From positions 4,480,001 through 4,544,000 of the forward strand of contig CBDBDQ010000005.1 in the NCBI GenBank assembly GCA_965203905.1: a stretch of DNA of 64,000 nt, in the 5' to 3' direction. This stretch comes from Spirochaetia bacterium (lineage in GTDB: Bacteria; Spirochaetota; Spirochaetia; SZUA-6; Bin103). The translations under genes and the position numbers were made by a program. Below the pieces are notes generated by a model. That model was not told where the DNA came from. It made no database searches and saw nothing but the letters and a program-made list of their open reading frames with translations. Positions 10,768 to 21,959 of this stretch are shown one piece after another; position 1 is the stretch's first letter, and each line of letters starts with the position of its first letter.

Positions 10768-11045
10768 TCAGTGGAAGTCTACGTAGTCGACGACGGCAGA
10801 TCCGTCCTCGAAGCAGAAGGTAACACGCCAATTCGCGGACACGGCAACAACGAGTATCCCTTCATGGTCCGTAGCGGATGGAGCCGAAACCTCGGCAGAT
10901 CCATGCCTTCGGGTCCACTGCTTGATCGAGCGTGGCGAGGATGTCCAGCAGCTTCGACACGTGTTCAGGCGGAACCCGGTCGCGCAGGCGTTTGCCTGCG
11001 CGTTACCGGCGGATTTGACGCGCAAGGACGAAGCGCTGGATGCCG
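10768..11045 (-). pseudogene. higB: HigB (RelE family) toxin pseudogene with at least two frameshifts
   Basis: HigB-like segments lie in different frames: PEHVSKLLDILATLDQA / GMDLPRFRLHPLR / AVSANWRVTFCFEDG..VDYVDFH*. Directly upstream of higA. Confidence 0.8.
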
Positions 11046-11076
11046 GACAGGTCACGGGCGAGGTAGAGGGCCTTGC

Positions 11077-12813
11077 TCACGGGGCGCCGGTCCTTGGGGC
11101 GATCGAATCTGTGGCGGCGAACAACCCGAGGCCGAAGTGGCAGCCGTAGCCGAGGGCGACCGGGCCGGAGACCGACTCCGGGAAGTGCACGCGCAGCAGC
11201 GCGCCGTGCGGGTCGGAGGCGCGTTCGCGGCCGCGGGAGCGGAAGCGGTGATACTGGAGCGACCGGCGGCGGTTGCCGTGGACCTCCACGAAGGGGAGCA
11301 GGTCGACCTGAATGCGGCCGGTCAGCGATGGGCCCAGGATGCCTCGACGCTGGATGAGCCGGCGCACTTCGCGGGGGTAGCCGGTAGCCTCCGCCAGGGG
11401 GCCTTCGATCATTCGACCGGCTTCCAGCGTGCGGCGGGCAGTGCGTCCCTCGCCGGTTCGCTTCAGGTGAGCAGTCGGCAGAAAGGGGGTGACGCTGTCC
11501 CAAACCCGTGCATGCCGGAATAGAGCGGAGAATTGCGCGAACTCCTCACACGTGCCGAAGCCTTCCAGTGCCAGCCGCCACTCGCGGCGGCCGCCTTCTT
11601 CGGTAGCGCTGCCCGCCTGGGAGCCGCGTGCCGGTAGCCACAACCGCGTCAGCCGATCGAGGGCGGCCCGCACCCGGGTGTCGAATCCGCTAGCAGCGTA
11701 CACGCACACGTGGTCGATCAGACCGTCCCCGTCGGCGTCCTCCGGAAGCCAGAAGGCATGCGAATGGTGGGCGTCGCGCAACGGAGTGTTACCCTCGCCA
11801 CGGCCGGAGATCTCGGGCGGTGCCAGCGCTCGGGAGCGCCCGGTGCGCGGATCCGATTCCCAGCCGAACTGTGACAGAGCCGCGCGGCGCATCAGCTCGC
11901 CGATCCTTACCGCGTCTTCGATGCGCGGTTGCGGGCGTCCGGCAAGCAGATAACGGGCGACCGTGTAGCGGGAAGGGTCCGGTATCCGTGCACCGCGCGG
12001 CACCACGCGGCGCGGGTGGGGTGAGAGCGGCGTGCGCTCGTAGTGGATCTCGTGCGCCGCCGGAGGCCGGTTCCAGCCGTGTTTCTGGAAATCGGCGGTG
12101 TCCACGGCTACCGCGTCGATAAGGCGGTTCGGCAGCGTGCGGCCGAAGCGTCTCTGCCGCTTCCTGCCCAGCGCCAGCGAGGTAGGCGGTCGCTTGCCGG
12201 CTGCGTGCGCTGCCGCCCGCTCCTCAGCGTCCGCTTGTGCCAGGAGGCGCTCGCGCCGCGCCGCATAATCGCTGGCGGTGAGCGGTCCCGGTACCGAAAC
12301 TAACTCTCCGAAGCCGTTCGCAGTGCCCTCAACGGGCAGACAATTGGCCCCCGATCGATCCCACTCCGCCGTCGCGCTGCACTGCACCCAGCTCTCGGCG
12401 CGGCCAAGGTACCCGATGCCGTCGGCAAGATCGGTAACCAAGTCGAACAGCCGGGGTTCCAGCAGGAGGTCCGGCCACGCGACGACGATCGATGCGCCCT
12501 CCGGCAGGTGAGCGAAGGCATCGAACACCAGGGTCTTCCTGGCCGGCGCGGGCATGTAGTGCCGAGTGTGCGCGTGTACGGCGCCCTCGGGCAAGTGGTA
12601 AATCGGTGTCGCCTCCGCCAGCGCATCGATCAGGTTCGCGGCCTCTTCCTTCGACCAGTGCGCGCAGGATCCCTTGCGCCAGTAGGTAGCGATCAGCGCT
12701 CGCAGGATTCGCCACGGCTCCGGCGGCCACGCCACGTCGGCCTCGTTGACATGGCGGCCCCACGGGGTCGCGTGGTAGCGGTGCGCCGGAAAGCTGAACG
12801 AGAGCGCGAGCAT
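11077..12813 (-). CDS. csb2: Type I-G Csb2 (Cas5-Cas6 fusion)
   Basis: YHATPWGRHVNE..WPPEPWRILRAL, YLGRAESW, and C-terminal glycine-rich GPVALGYGCHFGLGLF. Confidence 0.95.
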   Translation of the reverse strand: MLALSFSFPAHRYHATPWGRHVNEADVAWPPEPWRILRALIATYWRKGSCAHWSKEEAANLIDALAEATPIYHLPEGAVHAHTRHYMPAPARKTLVFDAFAHLPEGASIVVAWPDLLLEPRLFDLVTDLADGIGYLGRAESWVQCSATAEWDRSGANCLPVEGTANGFGELVSVPGPLTASDYAARRERLLAQADAEERAAAHAAGKRPPTSLALGRKRQRRFGRTLPNRLIDAVAVDTADFQKHGWNRPPAAHEIHYERTPLSPHPRRVVPRGARIPDPSRYTVARYLLAGRPQPRIEDAVRIGELMRRAALSQFGWESDPRTGRSRALAPPEISGRGEGNTPLRDAHHSHAFWLPEDADGDGLIDHVCVYAASGFDTRVRAALDRLTRLWLPARGSQAGSATEEGGRREWRLALEGFGTCEEFAQFSALFRHARVWDSVTPFLPTAHLKRTGEGRTARRTLEAGRMIEGPLAEATGYPREVRRLIQRRGILGPSLTGRIQVDLLPFVEVHGNRRRSLQYHRFRSRGRERASDPHGALLRVHFPESVSGPVALGYGCHFGLGLFAATDSIAPRTGAP

Positions 12814-12825
12814 GTCGGCGAGCGA

Positions 12826-16079
<3,254 letters not shown>

Positions 16080-16090
<11 letters not shown>

Positions 16091-18536
16091 GCGTCACCTC
16101 CACTTCGGTAGCCGATGCCCGCCAGTCGGCGATGCGCAGGAGGGCTTCCAGCCACGCCAGTCGAAACGGTCCGTAGCGTTCCAGCAGACCGCGCGTACGT
16201 TCGGTCCAACTGGCCTCCGAACGGGCGTCCTCGCCCAGTTCCATCACTGACAGGCTCAGCTCACCCCCGGGCCACCGCTCGCCGGTTCCCAGTTCGACGT
16301 CCGGAAGCTGGTCGCCTTCCCACACGCCGCGCGCGAACCGCCGACCGTCGGGGCGGCCTTCAGCAGTGGTCCCCGGCTTCTCCGCGGGAAGCGCGCGCAG
16401 ATTCATGCGCACCTTGCCATGATGCGCGGCAATGAGGTACGCAACCAGGTCGGCGGCGCGCGACCACTCGGCATGGGCAAGCCATGCGAGGGCCGAGGCC
16501 AGCTCATGGCGGAAGTAGGGGCGACCCTTGCTTCGGTCATAGTGATGCGCTTTGGCAAGCACTGGCCCCGAGGCACTCGCGCCAAGTCGCTCTTGGAATG
16601 TGGCGTGGGCCTTCCCGACATCATGCCAGCGCGCCGCCTGGATTACCTCGCGTTTGCCAGTGACGGCCCCAAGAGTCTCGCAGAGCCGGTCGGCCTCCGA
16701 CACGACATGCTGGAGATGAGCGGTGAGAGGCACCACTGCCCGCTGCTGGCTCTCAGGATCCGCGTCCAGCGACTCAGCCACCCGCTGATCAGGATCCGGG
16801 GGATCGATCGGCATGACCGGGGCGGTCACGGTGGGGTCGAATCCGGTGCACGGTGAATAGCCTCCCGCGGTGACGTGCAGCATCAGCACGAGTCCGGGCC
16901 ACGGAGTGGCGTCAAGAGGCACCCAGGCCGTGCCGCGTTCGCCACCACCGCGCCGTCGTATCTGGGGATCGGTCTGATAGGCGCGCAACCGCTGTTTGGT
17001 GCGTACCGCTTTGAGCCAATCGCGCGCCTGTCCGATCGGCACTGCACACAGTTCCTCTCGCCGCGGCGGAGGCTCGTCGCGGGGACCTTCGGAACGGTCG
17101 AAGTCGCGCCAGAACACGCGGATGTCGGTGTCTTCCGCGTCGCGCACGTAGGGCGACACATCGACGTCGAAGCCGGTTAGATCTGGGTCGGTGTCATACA
17201 GATCGATCAGGTCCTTGCGGCGAATCACCCAGCGGTGCGCGCAATCCTCGGCAGCGGGAGGGGCCAGATTCGACGGTCTCGCGTCGTTCAAACTGGCGAT
17301 GCGCGAGCGTCCGATGGCCAGTTCGCGCGGCTCGTACGGGGCCGCCAGGGCGTCGTCAGCAGTGGTAAGGTCGATCCAGTGAATGGTCGCACCGCCGCTT
17401 TCGTTCAGTTCTCCGTACCGGTTCACCCGACCGAATCGCTGCACCATCGAGGAAGCCGGCGCCAACTCGGTGATGAGCGTAGCTGCGGACAGGTCGACTC
17501 CCGCTTCAATGGCTTGCGTGGTGACCACGATCAGGTCGCGCGCCGTGCGTGGCTGCGGCAGCTTCTCCATCTGCACGTGGCGGTCGCCGGGGCGAAACCG
17601 GGAGTGGATCAGGGCGAGGCGGTCGGGCGGCACACCCTGCTTGATGAGGGCCGCATGCACCCGTTGAGCACGGGCAACCGTGTTCAGGATTACCAGTGTC
17701 GTCCGCCCCGGTTGATGATGCGCGCGACCTGCTGCGGCCAACTCACGTACGTAAGCTGCGATGTCGGCCTTCCTGGCGCTCACCGGCCGGACCGGCGACG
17801 GCGCGATCCGTTTCGGCGCGTCGAGCAAGGTGCGGACGGCCGGAGACTGCTGGTCTCCTGGAAACTCGTCGGGAACGCGCCAGACGCGGGGATTGGCCGG
17901 TGCGTCCACCGTGTGCAGCCACCGAGGGTGCAGAGTGGCCGATACCCAGAGGCTGGCGGCGTCCGCCTCGGTCCCCAGTGTTCGCCGCAGCCCTTCGAGT
18001 TGCGTGGAGGTAGCCAGGCCAGAGCTCATGAGCTGGATCTCGTCGAACACCCACTGGACGTCGTTGTGAAGGAGAGCGAAATCGACCGGCCAGCGAAAGC
18101 GGCTCATGGCGTATCCGCGCATCAGTGCGCGGCTGATCAGCATGTCCTGGGTCCCGACCAGGACTGCCGGGCGCTCCGGCCACTCGTACCACCTTGGCTC
18201 GTCCTCCCCACCCATCAGGACGTGGACGTCGCGGTCGGCGTCGGGCAAACGTACCTGCCACTCCTGAACGGATGGAAGCCGTCGAAGCCACGCGGTCACG
18301 TTGCGCGCGGTCTGGTCGGCAAGCGTGCGCATCGGCAGGCAGTAAACCAGCCGGAGCGGAGCGGTTTCGGCTGAGATGACGCGCTTCCAGAGCCAAGCGA
18401 GCACTACCGCAGCGGTCTTGCCGAGGCCGGTAGGAGCTATGAGCGCATCCGGCCAGACGCGGTCGGCGAGCGCTTCCTGGTAAGCGAACGGCTTGGCTCC
18501 CCCTAACGCTGCGGAGAAGAAGTCGCGGTACGTCAT
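16080..18536 (-). CDS. cas3: Type I-G Cas3 (helicase with C-terminal HD nuclease)
   Basis: APTGLGKT, DEIQ, SAT and QRFGRVNR helicase motifs; C-terminal HDVGKAH, AHHG and IADWRAS. Confidence 0.96.
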
Positions 18537-18760
18537 GGGGGCGTCTTCGCTCCAGGAGGAAGACGAACCTTCGCCATCTCGCGCATCTCGCTACTCTCCC
18601 GATCGCCGCCCGCGCTTGCAGCATCTTGGTATAGAATCACGTGCACGGAAGACTCTTCCCTCCACTCCTCGATACCGCCGATGGCGCGAGCACCGACCAC
18701 TACTCGAAACGAACGCTGCCCCGTCGACGTACTCCTGGCGTTCAGCTGCGCTATTGTCAT
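18533..18760 (-). CDS. Putative 75-aa leader ORF coupled to cas3, function unknown
   Basis: ATG lies shortly after the cas promoter; its TGA overlaps the cas3 ATG (ATGA). An alternative in-frame GTG follows GAGGAGTGGAGG. No recognisable family. Confidence 0.4.
   Translation of the reverse strand: MTIAQLNARSTSTGQRSFRVVVGARAIGGIEEWREESSVHVILYQDAASAGGDRESSEMREMAKVRLPPGAKTPP
18542..18565 (-). promoter_or_regulatory. Hairpin enclosing the cas3 Shine-Dalgarno sequence
   Basis: Minus strand CGTCTTC-CTCCTGGAGC-GAAGACG; the GGAG is inside the structure, just before the cas3 ATG. Confidence 0.5.
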
Positions 18761-18782
18761 TTCTTAGCCTACGGCGTAATCT
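18754..18782 (+). promoter_or_regulatory. Oppositely oriented, overlapping promoter for the mini-array
   Basis: TTGTCA (18754-18759)-N17-TAATCT (18777-18782). Confidence 0.65.
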
Positions 18783-18784
18783 AA
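18767..18784 (-). promoter_or_regulatory. Target site (TTA PAM plus partial protospacer) of the mini-array spacer
   Basis: Minus strand TTA-GATTACGCCGTAGGC versus spacer GATTACGCCGTCGGC. Confidence 0.8.
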
Positions 18785-18806
18785 CTATATACTTGATCGC
18801 GGTCAA
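18778..18806 (-). promoter_or_regulatory. Promoter of the cas3-csx17-csb1-csb2 operon
   Basis: Minus strand TTGACC-N17-TAGATT in a locally AT-rich patch. Confidence 0.75.
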
Positions 18807-18816
18807 CAGCGAGTGT

Positions 18817-18921
18817 GCTACCGCCCAAGGCGGTCTCTTTGAAGCGATTACGCCGTCGGCGCAGTTCGCGTATGAGCCTCTCTATCCGGGCCTCAACCAT
18901 GAGACCCGGCCTCTTTGCCCT
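18817..18921 (+). ncRNA. CRISPR-like mini-array (pseudo-repeat, 36-nt spacer, pseudo-repeat); candidate CreR/CreA-type regulatory crRNA
   Basis: psiR1 18817-18845 GCTA-CCGCC-CAA-GGCGG-TCTC-TTTGAAGC; spacer 18846-18881; psiR2 18882-18921 CTAT-CCGGG-C-CTCA-ACCA-TGAG-A-CCCGG-CCTC-TTTGCCCT. Array repeat for comparison: GTTT-CCGCCGG-TGAATT-CCGGCGG-CCTC-ATTGAAGC. Confidence 0.82.
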
Positions 18922-19195
18922 CCGGGGGCGGTTTCGTCGTCGACCGGATGAGCGGTGTATGCCATGGTCAACGGTGGCGCATCAGCCGGCGACAGAACTA
19001 CGGCGCCGTTCCCGGCGAGCCGCCCCGACGCGCAGCGTTGTGGGAGACAAGGGGTCGGGTGGGTCGGGGGCAGAGCCGTAGCCTGATCCGAAAATGGTGG
19101 CCGCCGTGCACTGCTCCATTGCGCCGGTTTCATGGTCTTCCGTGTCACGGTGCGACCGTGCTGACTCAGCGGATTTCGGTCGCTATGCTGGAAGC

Positions 19196-19354
19196 GTGAT
19201 TCGCGTGGGAGTGATCGGGGCCGGCGCAGTCGCCCCGGTCAGTTGCCGCGACTTCGTCGCTTTGAACCGCGTGTTCGCCGCGCCGCGCGCGCCGGACGCG
19301 GTCTATCGCGCGGCAGCCGCCGGGCGGGAGGTGATCCTCGATGGATCGGACTGA
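19196..19354 (+). pseudogene. Remnant of a Gfo/Idh/MocA-type oxidoreductase with a large internal deletion
   Basis: An N-terminal MIRVGVIGAG Rossmann start is joined within 52 aa to a typical C-terminal DAVYRAAAAGREV. Confidence 0.5.
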
Positions 19355-19467
19355 CGGAAGTGATTGGACGAAGAACCGCGCTGCGTCGGGGCATCGCGCC
19401 ACTCCGCTCGATGTCTCGTGACCGGCGAGGGGCCATACTGAGCGATGGGGAGGCGGGCACCAGGCTG

Positions 19468-20109
19468 ATGCAACCGGACAAGGCGCCGACCGGGACCGAC
19501 GCCTGCATGCGCCCGGCCCGGGTCATCTTCCTGGACATCGACGGGGTGTTGCAGCCGACGTCGAGCCAGAAGCGGTTCAAGCATGATCTCGTTGCATTGC
19601 GCGAGAGCCTCGCCGAGCGCTTCGGCGCCGAATACCGGGAGGTGAACGAGTACGACCTGGGAGCGGTGGTCCATGACTGGCACGCCGGGGCGGTGGCGCG
19701 GCTGCGCGCCCTGTGCGACGACCACGGCGCCAGGATCGTCGTCAGCTCGGATTGGCGACTGCGGCGGTCGGTGGACCAGCTCCGGGCGCTGTTTCGCCTT
19801 CACGACCTGCATCACCTGGTGGTGGACCGCACGATCGACGCCTCGGGGCCGCCGCACTACCGAGCCGGGGAAGTGAAGCAGTATCTGGACACGCACCCCG
19901 AAATCGAACGCTTCGTCATCATCGACGACGGTTACCGCACGGAGTTCGACGGGCTTTTTCCCGAACAATTCGTTCACACCGGAAGCTTCATCGACGAGCC
20001 CGATGCTCTGCGTGCGCGCCAGATTCTTTCGGGTGGGCCGGTCACCCAGGAGAACAGACCTTTCGTTCGAACGGTCTTCCGCGGCGACTACCGTAGTCTC
20101 TTCGGGTAG
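19468..20109 (+). CDS. HAD-domain protein (Swiss-army-knife RNA-repair HAD type)
   Basis: IFLDIDGVL, IVVSSDWR and FVIIDD motifs. Confidence 0.82.
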   Translation: MQPDKAPTGTDACMRPARVIFLDIDGVLQPTSSQKRFKHDLVALRESLAERFGAEYREVNEYDLGAVVHDWHAGAVARLRALCDDHGARIVVSSDWRLRRSVDQLRALFRLHDLHHLVVDRTIDASGPPHYRAGEVKQYLDTHPEIERFVIIDDGYRTEFDGLFPEQFVHTGSFIDEPDALRARQILSGGPVTQENRPFVRTVFRGDYRSLFG

Positions 20110-20226
20110 TACTGGTCGAGTACGACCTCGATACGCATCGACGCGCCGGCGACGCCTGCCGTCGATCGGGGGTGGGCCGCGCAGCTTGTGGGATGGAGCC
20201 CATGGAGTTAGGCTCGCCGGTAACCG

Positions 20227-21870
20227 GTGAAGTACGATCTCGATACGCTGCGCGGCGACCTGTTCGGGGGTCTCACCTCCGCGGTGGTGGCACTGCCGGT
20301 CTCGCTGGCGTTCGGGGTGGCGTCGGGACTGGGGGCGGCTGCCGGTCTGTACGGCGCCATCGCGGTGGGGTTCTTTGCCGCGGTGTTCGGCGGCACCCGG
20401 TCGCAGATCTCCGGGCCCACCGCGCCGATGGCCGTGGCCATGGCGGTGATCATCACCAGCCATTCGTCCAATCTGACCGAGGCGCTCACGGTCGTGATGC
20501 TGGGTGGGCTGCTGCAGGTGATGCTCGGCGTGCTGCGATTCGGCCGCTTCGTGGCCTACACGCCGCACGTGGTGGTGTCCGGGTTCATGTCGGGCATCGG
20601 CATCATCGTGATGCTGATCCAGACCCTGCCGTTCCTGGGCGCACCCACGGCGCTGGGCGGGCCGCTGGGCGCGATCCGTGCGCTGCCTGCGGCGCTCGCC
20701 GACATCAACTTCCACGCCCTGACCATCGCCGCGGCCACCCTGCTCGTGGGAGTGCTGTGGCCGCGTCGCTGGACGCGTTTCATGCCGGGGCCGCTGGTGG
20801 CGCTGGTCGTCGGCACCCTGATCGGCGTGCTGGCGCTGCGCGACGTGCCGGTGATCGGGCCGGTGCCCACCGGACTCCCGCAGCTTCATCTCGCCTTGCC
20901 CTCGGTCTCCTTTCTGGTGAGCGCCATCCAGCCGGCGCTCATCCTCGCGCTGCTCGGTTCGGTGGACAGCCTGCTTACCTCACTGGTGGCGGACTCGCTG
21001 ACCGGGACGCGCCACAACGCCGACCGCGAGCTGATCGGGCAGGGCATCGGCAACCTGGTCGCCGGCGTGATCGGCGGCGTTCCCGGCGCCGGCGCCACCA
21101 TGGGGACGGTGATCAACATCCGCGCCGGCGGTACGACGCAGGTCTCGGGCGCGTTGCGCGCGGTGGTGGTGCTGGCGCTGCTGCTCGGCCTCGGACGCTA
21201 CGTCGAGCCGATCCCGCATGCCGTGCTGGCCGGGATCCTGATGAAGGTGGGCTGGGACATCATCGACTGGCGCATGCTCACCCGCATCCATCGCATCCGG
21301 CGCGAGCACCTGGTCGTGATGCTGATCACGCTGGGCTTGACCGTGTTCGTCGATCTGGTGACCGCGGTTGCCATCGGGCTGATCACCGCCGGCATGGCGC
21401 ACGCGCGCCAGTTGGAGCGGCTGGAGCTGGACAGCGTGATCTCGGTTCCCATGCTCGACCTTGCCTACCTGGCCAGGCAGGCGCAGGGCTGGGCCGACCC
21501 GTTCTCGGCGCGGGTCGGCCTGGTGGCGCTGCGCGGCAGCCTTACGGTAGCTTCCTCGCACAAGCTGGTAGCCGCTATCAGCGCGGACATCAAGGATCAC
21601 GAAGTGGTGATCTTCGACTTCTCCGCCGCCACCTACATCGACGACAGTGCCGCCATGCTGATCCACCAGCTTATCGAGGTCGCCACGCAGGAGCACACCG
21701 AGATAGTCGTAGCGAGCCTCTCCGGTTCGGTGGCCGAGACTCTCGGCGCACTGGGCGTGTTGCAGGAGGTGCCGGCGGACCGCCTGGTCGACACCCGCGA
21801 CGATGCGCGCGCCGTTGCCTACCGGCTGCTCGGAGCGGCGACCGCTGCGGATGCCGCGGACCGGACCTGA
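20227..21870 (+). CDS. SulP/SLC26 anion transporter with STAS domain
   Basis: GDLFGGLTSAVVALP, ISGPTAPM and ELIGQGIGN motifs; STAS segment IFDFSAATYIDDSA. Confidence 0.95.
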   Translation: MKYDLDTLRGDLFGGLTSAVVALPVSLAFGVASGLGAAAGLYGAIAVGFFAAVFGGTRSQISGPTAPMAVAMAVIITSHSSNLTEALTVVMLGGLLQVMLGVLRFGRFVAYTPHVVVSGFMSGIGIIVMLIQTLPFLGAPTALGGPLGAIRALPAALADINFHALTIAAATLLVGVLWPRRWTRFMPGPLVALVVGTLIGVLALRDVPVIGPVPTGLPQLHLALPSVSFLVSAIQPALILALLGSVDSLLTSLVADSLTGTRHNADRELIGQGIGNLVAGVIGGVPGAGATMGTVINIRAGGTTQVSGALRAVVVLALLLGLGRYVEPIPHAVLAGILMKVGWDIIDWRMLTRIHRIRREHLVVMLITLGLTVFVDLVTAVAIGLITAGMAHARQLERLELDSVISVPMLDLAYLARQAQGWADPFSARVGLVALRGSLTVASSHKLVAAISADIKDHEVVIFDFSAATYIDDSAAMLIHQLIEVATQEHTEIVVASLSGSVAETLGALGVLQEVPADRLVDTRDDARAVAYRLLGAATAADAADRT

Positions 21871-21959
21871 ACCCGGGGCCGCCTTCGAGCCGGGGATAGT
21901 GGAATCGAGGCAGAGCGCCGGCGGCAGGGTGTCCGGCGACTTGTTCCAACCGGTGTGAT

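Noticed and set aside
18882-19148. 88-aa minus-strand ORF over the mini-array
   Set aside because: No motifs, and it overlaps psiR2; better explained as non-coding.
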